Position numbers and translations under genes: made by a program
NCBI GenBank assembly: GCA_046483495.1
Contig: JAWODC010000040.1
Coordinates: forward strand, 56,510-120,509
Direction: 5' to 3'
DNA length: 64,000 nt
Source of the DNA: Desulfobacterales bacterium
GTDB taxonomy: Bacteria; Desulfobacterota; Desulfobacteria; Desulfobacterales; UBA5616
In this document: one piece after another, positions 38,878 to 49,101 of the stretch
How the letters are laid out: each line of letters begins with the position of its first letter
Position numbering within the stretch: the stretch's first letter is position 1
Notes under the pieces: generated by a model
What the model saw: the letters and a program-made list of their open reading frames with translations, nothing else
What the model was told of the DNA's origin: nothing
Databases searched by the model: none

Positions 38878-39285
38878 ATGGCAAGACCCAATAAAGATCG
38901 AATCGTGGCTTTCAATCCGGATGTCGGATATTTTAAACCCAGGGGCATTCCGTTAAGGGAAATGCAGGAGGTGCACCTCACCCTAGATGAATGTGAGGCC
39001 GTCCGGTTGGCGGACCTCTTGAATATGTCCCATGAATCGGCCGGATCGGAGATGGGGGTTTCACGGGCGACGTTCGGGAGGATATTGCAGCAGGCGAGAA
39101 AAAGCATAGCGGATGCCTTGATCAATGGCAAGGCCATACGCATTATAGGAGGTAATTACCGGTACGACGGCAACGGGAGGCGGTATTGCTGTGGTGATTG
39201 CCTTTTTCAGTGGGTAGTCCCTTTGGGAAAAGAAAGCCCTCGTTTTTGTCCGGAGTGTGACGGGGGGGCGGTCAGCCGTTTATAG
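38878..39285 (+). CDS. DUF134 predicted DNA-binding protein with C-terminal Zn ribbon
   Basis: MARP..R, FKPRGIP, EAVRLAD, MGVSRATFGRIL..ARK.IADAL.NGKAI; CGDC..CPEC. Confidence 0.9.
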   Translation: MARPNKDRIVAFNPDVGYFKPRGIPLREMQEVHLTLDECEAVRLADLLNMSHESAGSEMGVSRATFGRILQQARKSIADALINGKAIRIIGGNYRYDGNGRRYCCGDCLFQWVVPLGKESPRFCPECDGGAVSRL

Positions 39286-39354
39286 TCGAAAACGGCTCGG
39301 TAGTTTACGAGGTGCACATATTTTTCGTAAATTTTTTTTAAAGGATTATAAAAC

Positions 39355-40200
39355 ATGTCAAAACCACAACAGATAATGGGCAGCCCGGATGAAAAGAGTG
39401 CCAAAGAACAGCAGGATGAGCAGCTGAAAGTGTCATTGGCCAACATTACAAACAAAATCATGGTGATGAGCGGGAAGGGGGGAGTCGGGAAAACCAGCAC
39501 TTCCGTCAACCTTGCCTTTGCCCTGTCCAAAAAAAATTACCGGGTCGGCATCATGGATGTCGATCTCCATGGACCGGATGTGCCGCGAATGCTGGGGTTG
39601 ACGGCGGCTCCGGAAATGAGTGAAAATCGAAAATTAATCCCCGTACCTTTTTCGAAAAACTTAAGCGTAATTTCAATTGAATCGCTGACCCCGGACAAGG
39701 ACAGCGCCATCATTTGGCGGGGTCCGTTGAAATTTTCCGCCATTCGCCAGTTTATTGCGGATGTCGATTGGGGAAAGCTGGATTTTCTCATCATCGATTC
39801 ACCGCCCGGTACGGGGGATGAACCGTTGACAGTGGCTCAGACGATAAAGGATGCCAAGGCGGTGATCGTTACGACACCGCAGGAAATTTCCCTGGCGGAT
39901 GTCCGCAAATCCATCAATTTCTGCAAAACCGTAAAAATGCAGATTTACGGTTTGATCGAAAATATGAGCGGATTTACCTGTCCCAATTGCAAAAAGGAAA
40001 TCAACCTGTTCGGGTCGGGGGGAGGTGAGAAGACCGCTTCTCAAACCGGCGTAAAATTTTTGGGCAAAGTGCCGTTCGATCCCCGTATGGTGGCCTGCAG
40101 CGATGCCGGGAGCTGCATCCTGGATGCATTCGTCGATTCCCCGGTTTCCAGGGCGTTTGAAGAAATCGCCGATACAATGGGCGAACTGGTGAAAAAGTAG
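39355..40200 (+). CDS. apbC: Mrp/ApbC/NBP35 Fe-S cluster carrier ATPase
   Basis: SGKGGVGKT, DVDLHGP, IWRGP, DSPPGTGDE, ENMS..CPNC. Confidence 0.9.
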   Translation: MSKPQQIMGSPDEKSAKEQQDEQLKVSLANITNKIMVMSGKGGVGKTSTSVNLAFALSKKNYRVGIMDVDLHGPDVPRMLGLTAAPEMSENRKLIPVPFSKNLSVISIESLTPDKDSAIIWRGPLKFSAIRQFIADVDWGKLDFLIIDSPPGTGDEPLTVAQTIKDAKAVIVTTPQEISLADVRKSINFCKTVKMQIYGLIENMSGFTCPNCKKEINLFGSGGGEKTASQTGVKFLGKVPFDPRMVACSDAGSCILDAFVDSPVSRAFEEIADTMGELVKK

Positions 40201-40259
40201 TTTTTTGAACCCGCATACATTAGGCCCACAAACACCGCACATCGACAGGAGGCCAAACA

Positions 40260-41219
40260 ATGCACGTGAAATTAAATCCGGTGGAAAAAGCAGAGATCAT
40301 TACCCTGGCGGACAACTATATCGATCTTACCGCCGCGGATGGATCCGAAATGATAAAGCGGGCATTTCCGCTGGAAGGAAATCAATTCAAGCATTCGATA
40401 TTGGCCGAGCATGGATTCTCAGCCGTCGTCAGGCTGTCTTCGGGAAATCGAATCAGCGCGGTGCTGCTCGATTTCGGATTGTCAGAGGATGCGGCGGCGA
40501 GAAACGCCGGGTCATTGAACATGGATCTGGCTCAGGTGGATGCTGCGGTGTTGTCCCACGGCCATATCGATCATTTCGGGGGGGTGAAAAAAGTCGGCGA
40601 ATCCATCGGAAAATCCGGCGTCGATCTCGTGGTTCATCCTTCCGTTTTCAAGCCTGATCGATTCATTTCAGCCGGTTCGGGTTTCAGGATTATGATGCCC
40701 ACGCCCAAAGAGGCCGAAATAGAGGCGGCCGGGTTTAACATCGTCAAGAGCACGGAGCCGGTTGCCATGCTAAATGAAACCGTGCTGTTCCTGGGTGAAA
40801 TACCCCGCCTGTCGGAATTCGAGCATGGCATGCTGAATGCGTTTTTCGAAAAAGATGGCGAAGAGGAGTTGGACCTGATCGAAGACGATACGGCCATTGC
40901 CATGCATGTAGCCGGAAAAGGGCTCATCGTTTTGTCCGGATGTGCCCATTCCGGAATTGTCAATACGGTGAATCATGCCAGAGAGGTAACCGGCATATCC
41001 AAGGTTCATGCCGTCATGGGCGGATTTCACCTCACCGGTCCGATGTTCGAACCGATTATCGACGATACCATCCAGGCGCTGAAAGACATCGATCCTGATT
41101 TCGTTATTCCCACCCATTGCACCGGCAGAAAAGCGATTCAGCGCTTTGAAACCGAGATGCCCGATGCATTTGTCTTGAATATGTCCGGTACAACCTTGAC
41201 CTTTTCAGCAGATCGTTAA
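40260..41219 (+). CDS. MBL-fold metallo-hydrolase
   Basis: AEHGFS, LSHGHIDHFGG, SGCAHSG, GGFHL, PTHCTG. Confidence 0.9.
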   Translation: MHVKLNPVEKAEIITLADNYIDLTAADGSEMIKRAFPLEGNQFKHSILAEHGFSAVVRLSSGNRISAVLLDFGLSEDAAARNAGSLNMDLAQVDAAVLSHGHIDHFGGVKKVGESIGKSGVDLVVHPSVFKPDRFISAGSGFRIMMPTPKEAEIEAAGFNIVKSTEPVAMLNETVLFLGEIPRLSEFEHGMLNAFFEKDGEEELDLIEDDTAIAMHVAGKGLIVLSGCAHSGIVNTVNHAREVTGISKVHAVMGGFHLTGPMFEPIIDDTIQALKDIDPDFVIPTHCTGRKAIQRFETEMPDAFVLNMSGTTLTFSADR

Positions 41220-41609
41220 TGCTGCGCAGGCCCCGGGTACCCCACCTTCGAAAACAGGACTTGCCGCCGGCAAATCGGCTGCAGGCATCCAGGCAGGATC
41301 TTGCCGAAAGATCCGAATTCTCCCTTGCTGTCCCTATTAGTCCTTCGATGTTCGTACTGCCGCCGGTCTTCGTCGGATAGATGGATTCTTTACTTGACAA
41401 AAATACCGAATTGATGATTATCATTTAATCAGTATAAGAATGCCATTCAATTTTTACTATTTATTATTACATTTATCTTTATTCGTTTCGAATAAACCTG
41501 CGCCATAACATGTTCCGAACCGATCTGTAGTTTTTCAAACGCTTTATGTTTACGCGAGCAATTTCTCCGGTTGCAGAATTCGAAAGACCGAACCGAAAAG
41601 GAGGCCCTA

Positions 41610-42701
41610 ATGCTGACAAAAGGAGATGACTACCCCATTCACCAATTGCCTGAGCCTATTGCCACAGCGGGCTCGGATCGCAACTTTTACGACAGATACT
41701 TCTTCAACGGATACAGCCTGGACGATCATGCTTTTCTGGCATTGGCATTGGGCGTCTATCCCCATTTGAACATTATGGATTCGTCTTTTACGGTAATCTC
41801 GGACGGCATTCAGCACAATCTGAGGACCTCCCGTCACCTGGGCATGGAACGGATGGACACAACGGTCGGTCCCATCACGGTGAAAGTGCTGGAGCCGTTG
41901 AAGAAGCTTCAGATCATCATCGATGAAAACGATTACGGCATCCATGCGGATCTGACGTTTACGGCACGGGCAAAAGCGCTCGAAGAACCCCGGTATACCT
42001 ATCGTATCGGGCCCCGGGTTATCATGGATTCAACACGCATGACGCAGAACGGGTGCTATAGCGGCTGGATTCGCATTAAAGATAAGCAGCTCGATGTTTC
42101 ACCTGAAAAATGGTTTGGAACCCGGGATCGGTCATGGGGTGTCCGGCCGGTGGGGGTCCAGGACCCGCAGCCCCCGGCACCGGCGGTACTGCCCCAGTTT
42201 TACTGGTTATGGGCGCCGGTGAATTTCGAGAATTGTGTGACACTTTTCAGCGTCAATGAAGACGCCGACGGGCATGCCTGGCATTCGAACGGCCTGATTG
42301 CACCGTTGGGAGATGCGCCGCCGGAATTTATGGACCGGGTTGACGCCAGGGTCCGGTTTAAATCCGGAACACGGCACGCCGAATCAGCCGAAATTACGTT
42401 TTTGACACCGAGAGATGAAACGATCGTGACGACTGTCAAACCGTTGTTTCATTTTTACATGTCCGGGATCGGGTACGGACACCCGGAATGGGGCCATGGC
42501 ATGAACAAAGGGGAGTTGGCCACCGCCTATGATTTTCTGGAACTTTCCGCCGTCGATGAATCCGATCCGATCAATCTCCATATCCAGGCGGTAAGCGAGT
42601 TTCAGATGGGTGAGAAAACCGGAAGAGGGGTGTTGGAGCAGCTGATCATCGGACCGCATGCGCCGTCCGGTTTCAAGGATATACTGGATATGGCTTCCTA
42701 G
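41610..42701 (+). CDS. Conserved hypothetical protein (beta-rich, cyclase/AttH-like)
   Basis: RBS AAGGAGG; DDYPIHQ, NFYDRYFFN, GTRDRSWGVRP, GYGHPEWGHG. Confidence 0.7.
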   Translation: MLTKGDDYPIHQLPEPIATAGSDRNFYDRYFFNGYSLDDHAFLALALGVYPHLNIMDSSFTVISDGIQHNLRTSRHLGMERMDTTVGPITVKVLEPLKKLQIIIDENDYGIHADLTFTARAKALEEPRYTYRIGPRVIMDSTRMTQNGCYSGWIRIKDKQLDVSPEKWFGTRDRSWGVRPVGVQDPQPPAPAVLPQFYWLWAPVNFENCVTLFSVNEDADGHAWHSNGLIAPLGDAPPEFMDRVDARVRFKSGTRHAESAEITFLTPRDETIVTTVKPLFHFYMSGIGYGHPEWGHGMNKGELATAYDFLELSAVDESDPINLHIQAVSEFQMGEKTGRGVLEQLIIGPHAPSGFKDILDMAS

Positions 42702-42822
42702 CATACATGCTTTTGAATGGTGTCCATACAGAGACAAGAAAATTCGCCTGAAAGCCTGGAATAAGCGGCACAACGCCAAACCCGCTACACATCGTAAGAA
42801 AGTCACCACTCGGAGGAAAGTA

Positions 42823-43857
42823 ATGACGCAAGAACAAATCGTTCAGCAATTTAAAAATTTCCTGGCCCACCGGGTACCCGATGCAATCGGCATCGACATT
42901 AGGAATGTCAGGCCGATTTTTGGCGGCGCTTCACGCGAAACGTTTGCATTGGAGTTGGAAATAAAACAGAAAACAGCCGCAATTTCCCGCAATGTGGTGG
43001 TGCGGCGTGAATTTGATCTCGGAATCATAGAAACCGAAACACGGACCGAGTGGGAAGCTTACCGAGCGTTTGCCGGCACCGAAGTGCCGGTTCCCGAACT
43101 GCTCTGGCTCGAAGAAGATCCCCAATGGATGGGGAGCCCTTTTTTTGTCATGGAAGAAGTGGTGGATTGCACGAGCTCTGCCATGCTGTTCGAACAGCCC
43201 CCTTACAATGAGGTCCGCCGTAAAATCGGCGAGCGGTTTTGCGAAATCATGGGGATAATCGCCCGAACCGACCCAAAGGAAGTGTGGCTTCACGAAAAAA
43301 TGGAAAAACCCGCGGCGGATGAATGCTGGAAACGGGAATTGGACTATTGGGAATCCGACATCGACAAAAAGGAACTGGAACCCCATCCCCTCGTCAGGGC
43401 GGCGATACGCTGGCTTCGAAAAAATCCTCCTCCGCCGGCGCAAAAGGTGGTGATCGCTCACGGCGATATGCGGGCCGGCAATTTTCTCTTCAACGAAAAG
43501 GGCGAAATACGGGCCATACTGGATTGGGAGATGATGCACATGGGTGATCCCCTGGAAGACCTGGCATGGTCCATGAACCGCCTGTGGAGCTGGAAGAACC
43601 CGGATTATCTCGGCAACATGCTGCCGCGGGACCGCGCAGTCAAGGTGTGGGAGCAGGCCTCCGGGTTTAAGGCGGATCCGGCAGCCCTTTTCTGGTGGGA
43701 AGTATTTACCAGCATCAAGGGATTGGCGATCTGGATATCTCAGCATTATGTGTACAGCAACGGCGCGAGTACGGATGCCATCAACTGCTACGGCGGACTT
43801 TGGGCATTTGATATCCAATCGAGAATTTTGTTAAATCAGATGCGGGAGGGAGTATGA
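42823..43857 (+). CDS. APH-family phosphotransferase (ACAD10/11 N-terminal / LvaA-like)
   Basis: GGASRETF, VPVP, PFFVME, HGDMRAGNFL, LDWEM.H.GDP.EDLAW. Confidence 0.85.
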   Translation: MTQEQIVQQFKNFLAHRVPDAIGIDIRNVRPIFGGASRETFALELEIKQKTAAISRNVVVRREFDLGIIETETRTEWEAYRAFAGTEVPVPELLWLEEDPQWMGSPFFVMEEVVDCTSSAMLFEQPPYNEVRRKIGERFCEIMGIIARTDPKEVWLHEKMEKPAADECWKRELDYWESDIDKKELEPHPLVRAAIRWLRKNPPPPAQKVVIAHGDMRAGNFLFNEKGEIRAILDWEMMHMGDPLEDLAWSMNRLWSWKNPDYLGNMLPRDRAVKVWEQASGFKADPAALFWWEVFTSIKGLAIWISQHYVYSNGASTDAINCYGGLWAFDIQSRILLNQMREGV

Positions 43858-44357
43858 GACCACAATGCGACTATATCTTGAGGACATTGGGAACGGTCCT
43901 TGCGACAAAGTTTATGCCCAGTCTGGAGGCGGACCATGCAAGGGCTGAAATGGGTTTAACGGCACTGATCCTTGGTGTGATTTCCGAAGAATTCGAGCGT
44001 GTCGCCCATCGTAGAATCGAAGAAAATCGAGAAATGAGAAACATTTTTCAAGAAGCAATTCCGGTGGTGCAGGATGAGCACCTGAAAAATGAGCTGATCG
44101 TCGCTACGGAAAAAACAGAAGTCGACTTTCACATATCTGCACTGGACCATCTGAATTGTGAACTGCAGAAGGTGCTCATTCACCTGCATGCCCATATCGA
44201 AGATGTGAACGGCCCCGAAGCACGAACCATCGAAGAGGCCATTTGGGAGGAACTGGAAAAACAGGTGCAACGCCGGGAATTCATGACTTGGGAAGTGGCG
44301 GCGGCTGTTTTCGAGTCGGCGGCGGAATCCTCTCCTGAAGCCGCCGAAGCCGGTTAG
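43854..44357 (+). CDS. Small helical protein translationally coupled to the kinase
   Basis: ATGA overlap with the upstream stop, RBS GGAGG; predicted all-helical. Confidence 0.7.
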   Translation: MRPQCDYILRTLGTVLATKFMPSLEADHARAEMGLTALILGVISEEFERVAHRRIEENREMRNIFQEAIPVVQDEHLKNELIVATEKTEVDFHISALDHLNCELQKVLIHLHAHIEDVNGPEARTIEEAIWEELEKQVQRREFMTWEVAAAVFESAAESSPEAAEAG

Positions 44358-44379
44358 CGGTCATTTATATCGAGTGAAG

Positions 44380-44414
44380 AAAAACGGCCTTGGTTTTCAC
44401 AGGCCGTTTTTTTT
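44380..44414 (+). terminator. Intrinsic terminator
   Basis: AAAAACGGCCT..AGGCCGTTTTTTTT. Confidence 0.8.
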
Positions 44415-44503
44415 ACGGCTTTACACTTTCAGGACGTTTTGTTATGAAATCATTCACCGGACTTCGAATGACACTATGCGGCCGCTGAAAAAAAGGAGGA
44501 GGA

Positions 44504-45349
44504 ATGAAGGCATCAGATTTCAAAGATATTGTGTACGAAAAGGAAGAAGAAACAGGAATCGTTACCGTCATAATGAATACCCCTAAACGGAAGAACGCTC
44601 TGAGCCCCTATTCGTTTTTGGAATTATGGTGGGCGGCTCACATCTTTCAAAAAGACGATACGGCCCACGCGATGATCATGACCGGTGCCAAAGATCCGGA
44701 TAACCCCGACCCGGCCGAGGAGGCGTTTTCAAGCGGCGGATATTTCAACCCGGATGCAACCAAAGGCGTCAGTCAGGATGTGCTGGACCAGCTCGATCCC
44801 ACGGACATCGCCCAAAAAAAATTGGTGGAAAGAATGTGGTACGTGGACAAACCGGTGATTGCGGCCATAAACGGCCTGGTTATCGGTGGCGCCTTCACGA
44901 TGGCGCTGAGCTGCTGTGATTTGATTTACATGTCCGAATACGCCTGGTTCCGCCTGCCGTTCGTTCGGCTCGGTATTTTGCCGGAGTTGGCCAGCACGTA
45001 TTTGATGCCCCGCCTGATCGGTCTGCAGCGAACGAAGGAGATTTTTTATTTTGGTGAAGATGTTACGGCACAGCAGGCGTTTGACATGGGCTTGATCAAC
45101 AAGGTGCTGCCTCATGACGAGCTGTTGCCATATGCGCGAAAGGCAGCCCTGAAGTTGATTCCACCCGGGGGGCCGGGCATGGCGGTTCGGCTGACGAAGC
45201 GGGCATTGCACCGGCAATTGAACGGAAATGTTCAACGAGCGCTGGATGAAGAGAATATCGGACTGAACGAAACCATGAAAAGTGAAGATTTCATGGAAGC
45301 CGTTATGGCCCGTATGCAGAAACGTGATCCGGTGTATAAGGGGAAATAG
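44504..45349 (+). CDS. Enoyl-CoA hydratase/isomerase family protein
   Basis: KNAL, KPVIAAINGLVIGG, PFVRLGILPE, AQQAFDMGLIN. Confidence 0.9.
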   Translation: MKASDFKDIVYEKEEETGIVTVIMNTPKRKNALSPYSFLELWWAAHIFQKDDTAHAMIMTGAKDPDNPDPAEEAFSSGGYFNPDATKGVSQDVLDQLDPTDIAQKKLVERMWYVDKPVIAAINGLVIGGAFTMALSCCDLIYMSEYAWFRLPFVRLGILPELASTYLMPRLIGLQRTKEIFYFGEDVTAQQAFDMGLINKVLPHDELLPYARKAALKLIPPGGPGMAVRLTKRALHRQLNGNVQRALDEENIGLNETMKSEDFMEAVMARMQKRDPVYKGK

Positions 45350-45509
45350 CGATTGGTGCTGATTTTACAAGCCGCCTCAAAATAATCGTTTGCTCCGATA
45401 TCTTCGTTGGAGCCGCATGTTACATCCACAACATACATGAGTATGCGGCTCCGCCTCGATCGTGACCCCAAATATTTATTTTGAAATGAGCTTTCAGATA
45501 CATTTCGAA

Positions 45510-45542
45510 GGCCGGGCGGATCGACACCGCCCGGCTTTTTTT
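45510..45542 (+). terminator. Intrinsic terminator between convergent genes
   Basis: GCCGGGCGG-atcgaca-CCGCCCGGC followed by T7. Confidence 0.8.
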
Positions 45543-45553
45543 ATGCGTTTATA

Positions 45554-45799
45554 TCATGGGTCCGGCGGGAAGTTCATGGCGGCGGCGATATTTAACTGCG
45601 CTTCGGAGAACAATTCGTTATCCGTGTAAAAATACGTACCCACGTCGATATTCCTTTCATCGATTACACAGAAAAAAGGTGATAGCGGCGGAACCTGTTC
45701 CAGTTTCGGCCCCAAACAGTACATGAAGAAAACGATGACGGTGATTCCGAAACCCAGGGCCGCCCACCTGCGAAGAATTTCCCGCTTCTCGATGCTCAT
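45554..45799 (-). CDS. Small membrane protein downstream of the YeiH transporter
   Basis: One TM helix; IDERNIDVGTYFYTD. Confidence 0.6.
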   Translation of the reverse strand: MSIEKREILRRWAALGFGITVIVFFMYCLGPKLEQVPPLSPFFCVIDERNIDVGTYFYTDNELFSEAQLNIAAAMNFPPDP

Positions 45800-45829
45800 A
45801 AGACCCCTATTTTTCAGTATGTACACTTC

Positions 45830-47584
45830 TTATATCCTCGCCGTAATTTCAGGAAAGACGATATAGAACATGATGTAGGCCATCGTAAGGGTTAAGATCA
45901 GATTGAAGGATTGGCCGCATACATAGAGAATCAGGGGCTTTCCACCTTTGAAATACGCTCTGAGTTCCCGGAAATTCGTTGCAAGACCGATGCTGGTGAA
46001 AGCCAGACAGAAAAACCAGCCCCTGAAGATTTTGGTCATTCCGCTGATGGCCCCCTGATCGATCAGCGCATATCCCACGTCATTGCCTAAAAATTCGTAC
46101 AGAGCTGAAAAAATGATGGAAGCGACGATAAATCCTATGACGAATTTAGGAAATCGATACCAGATTTCCATTAAGGGCACTTTCTGGCCCGGTGCGCATT
46201 CCACACGGGTGCACCAGTACAGTGCCACAAAGAAGGCCGTTGCGCCGATAAGCACATTCTGGATCATTTTTATCGTTGCCGCCACATACATCGCCCGGTC
46301 GCTCAGAAATGCACCGGCCGCTGCAACCGCCCCGGTGGAATCGATGGTGCCGCCCATCCAGGCGCCGCCTAATATGTAGGGCATTCCCACCGCTTTGATG
46401 AAAGCGGGCATGGCGATCATCATAATAGCGGTAAACACCAGGGAAAGCCCGACAGCAAGTGTGAGTTCTTCTTTTTTGGCCCGGCAGGCTGCGGCTGTCG
46501 CAATTGCGGCGGAAACGCCGCACACCGACATGTCTGCGGAAATGGTGATATTGAGTGTTTTGGAGGGAATTTTAATGATCTTCTGTCCGAATATATATGT
46601 GGTAACGAGTACGGTCGGCGTTACGATCCATGAGACGAATATGCCCGGAATGCCGATCGCCAGTATCTTGCCGAAGAGAATTTCAGCACCCAAAATGACA
46701 AGGCCGGTCTTGATATAATATTCCGTTTGTACGGCGGGCATGACCCATTTGGGAGTCCCGATGGTATTGCTGATCAGCAGGCCGAAGGTGATGGCCCATG
46801 CCGGATATCCAATCCCGTAATGTTCTGCGGTGGCCTGTTCACCAGCCATGAATGCCAGAACCGAAATAGAAAAAACGAACAGAAATCCGCCGAAAAAACG
46901 TGAGAAGGATTCTCCCATGAATTTCATGCCGATGCCGAAAAAAACCCCCAGAAAAACCATCAGGCCGATGAGGTGGGGTATGCGATTGTAGCCCGAACCG
47001 CTGATGCTTTTCTTGGCCTGGGATGCCCTGCTCTTGGCCTTACGCCATTCATCGATCTGTTCAGTGGCCTGCTGATTCAGTCTTTCATTGGCAAAACCGG
47101 CTTGGGCCGCGGCTGCTTGTGCATCTTCGGCTTCGGCCAAGGCACGGGCTTCAGCAGCCTTTGCCTGTTCATAAGCGGCCATAGCCTGCCGGTTTTTCGC
47201 CTCGGCGGCCGTTTGAGACCTGTAAAAGGCATTCAAGGGATTGGTGGTCCAGCCACCGGGATGGGCTGTCCATTTCTTTATCATTTTTCCAATGGGCGAG
47301 TCGGCGGCTTTCAAACCGGCCTTCTTGTCTATGGCGAGATACCATTCGATGGTTTTGAACGGCGCTCTGGCCGATTCCTGCTGCAGCACCGTATTCGCCT
47401 GGTCGATGATCTCGTCCATTCGAGCCGGTTTTTGGGGCAGATAAATCGCCAACGATAGAATCATGAGAATGAATCCGAGCCATATGGCCCAATAATCCTC
47501 TTTCTTGAAGAGATCTGAAATGCGGGATTTCGCTCTTTCTGCAATTACCTCGTCATCGATTGCGGATTGCTGATGTTCGTCCAT
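45830..47584 (-). CDS. YeiH / putative sulfate exporter family transporter with large periplasmic insert
   Basis: EDYWAIWLG, EYYIKTGLV, SVCGVSAAIA, GGTIDSTGAV, KMIQN, RFPKF. Confidence 0.9.
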   Translation of the reverse strand: MDEHQQSAIDDEVIAERAKSRISDLFKKEDYWAIWLGFILMILSLAIYLPQKPARMDEIIDQANTVLQQESARAPFKTIEWYLAIDKKAGLKAADSPIGKMIKKWTAHPGGWTTNPLNAFYRSQTAAEAKNRQAMAAYEQAKAAEARALAEAEDAQAAAAQAGFANERLNQQATEQIDEWRKAKSRASQAKKSISGSGYNRIPHLIGLMVFLGVFFGIGMKFMGESFSRFFGGFLFVFSISVLAFMAGEQATAEHYGIGYPAWAITFGLLISNTIGTPKWVMPAVQTEYYIKTGLVILGAEILFGKILAIGIPGIFVSWIVTPTVLVTTYIFGQKIIKIPSKTLNITISADMSVCGVSAAIATAAACRAKKEELTLAVGLSLVFTAIMMIAMPAFIKAVGMPYILGGAWMGGTIDSTGAVAAAGAFLSDRAMYVAATIKMIQNVLIGATAFFVALYWCTRVECAPGQKVPLMEIWYRFPKFVIGFIVASIIFSALYEFLGNDVGYALIDQGAISGMTKIFRGWFFCLAFTSIGLATNFRELRAYFKGGKPLILYVCGQSFNLILTLTMAYIMFYIVFPEITARI

Positions 47585-47894
47585 GACAGGCTCCTTTCCC
47601 GGAAAATGATTCCGCATAATGAAACATACGGGTGGTCCGTGATGAAGATATATGAAAGAGACGGTGCTTTAAGGGGCGGTGACATAGCAAGCATACGTGT
47701 GAATAAATGGCGCAAAACCGTATCAGCGCTGCCGCGTTTTCCTGGCTTTTTTTCCGGATTCAGGATAGATTTGGAAAGACAATGAGTAGTTATAACGCCG
47801 GGTTCAGATCGTGTCAACCGATTCTTGTTTGACAGATTCGCGGATTTTATTTATAAAATTTTCTTTACGTTTATTTTCAAGGACCGAAAAGCCG

Positions 47895-49046
47895 TTGACG
47901 ATACACCTATCCGAAAAAACATCGCTCATCAGAGAGTCACAAACCGTTCAGTTCACACCGATGCTCCAGAAAATGAGGTTGAACGGAGACACGGTTATCG
48001 ATTTTGCCGTGGGCGAGCCTCACTATGACACTCCCGCCCCCGTTATCGAAGCTACCGGACATGCGCTTGAATCAGGAAATACCCGGTACAGCCCGGTGGC
48101 CGGATTGCCTGCGCTCAGGTCACGGCTTTCGGAATTTTTTCCGGGATGCGATGAACGAAATGTTATCATTTCCAATGGATCGAAGCATGCCCTGTTTTTA
48201 ATATTTCAGGTAATTTTAAACCCGGATGACGAGGTCATCATTCCCCGGCCTTACTGGGTCAGCTTCGTGGAACAGGTAAAAATGGCGGGAGGGAGGCCGG
48301 TTTTCGTAGATACGGTGTCTCATCAACTGGATATAGCGGCCATTCGCCGTATGATCACGGATAAGACAAAGGCGGTGGTCATTAATTCACCGAACAATCC
48401 CACCGGCGCCGTTTACCGGGACGGCGACGTCCAATCGGTCCTAAGGCTGGCTCCGGAAAAAAAATTCTTTGTCGTTTCGGATGAAGCCTATGCATCCTTC
48501 ATATACGACGGAGTCGAAGCCAAATCACCGTACACGATGGCGGTCGACCACGATTATCTGATCGTTACGCGGAGCTTTTCAAAGCATTTCCATATGACCG
48601 GTTTCCGCATCGGCTACACGGTGGCTGCAAGGCGGATCATTAACGCCATGGCGGCTTACCAAAGCCACTGCACCGGGAATGTATGCACCTTTGCTCAATA
48701 CGGAGCACTTGCCGCATTGGATATGGATGAAGCTTTTTTCGCCTCCCGTTTATCCGAGCTTGCGCAGAAAAGAGATTCGATGATAAACGGCATTCGTGAG
48801 CATTTCGATGTTATCCGTCCCGGTGGTGCATTTTATGTATTTCCAAGTATCGCCGAATACGTGTCTTCCGGTGATCATTCCTCGGATTTTGCTGCGGATT
48901 TATTCGAGAAAACCGGGGTCGCCGTCGTTCCGGGAGAAGTCTTCGGCAGTCCGGGGCACATCCGCATGTCCTATGCTGTTGAGGAACACATACTGCTTGA
49001 GGGCATCGAGCGCATGAATCGCTATATGAGCCAAGTGAAAAAATGA
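47895..49046 (+). CDS. Class I/II PLP aminotransferase (aspartate aminotransferase-like)
   Basis: GEPHYDTP, NSPNNPTG, SDEAY, SFSKHFHMTGFRIG, PGGAFY; start uncertain (TTG 47895). Confidence 0.9.
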   Translation: MTIHLSEKTSLIRESQTVQFTPMLQKMRLNGDTVIDFAVGEPHYDTPAPVIEATGHALESGNTRYSPVAGLPALRSRLSEFFPGCDERNVIISNGSKHALFLIFQVILNPDDEVIIPRPYWVSFVEQVKMAGGRPVFVDTVSHQLDIAAIRRMITDKTKAVVINSPNNPTGAVYRDGDVQSVLRLAPEKKFFVVSDEAYASFIYDGVEAKSPYTMAVDHDYLIVTRSFSKHFHMTGFRIGYTVAARRIINAMAAYQSHCTGNVCTFAQYGALAALDMDEAFFASRLSELAQKRDSMINGIREHFDVIRPGGAFYVFPSIAEYVSSGDHSSDFAADLFEKTGVAVVPGEVFGSPGHIRMSYAVEEHILLEGIERMNRYMSQVKK

Positions 49047-49101
49047 AACCGTCTTACATATGTCCGGATGGAAACCCATTACGTTTCGGAGGTAGCTGAA
49101 A

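Noticed and set aside
41394..41426. Fur box / sigma70 promoter (TTGACA..TGATGATTATCA)
   Set aside because: Only a partial match to the Fur consensus and poor -10 spacing; cannot be assigned
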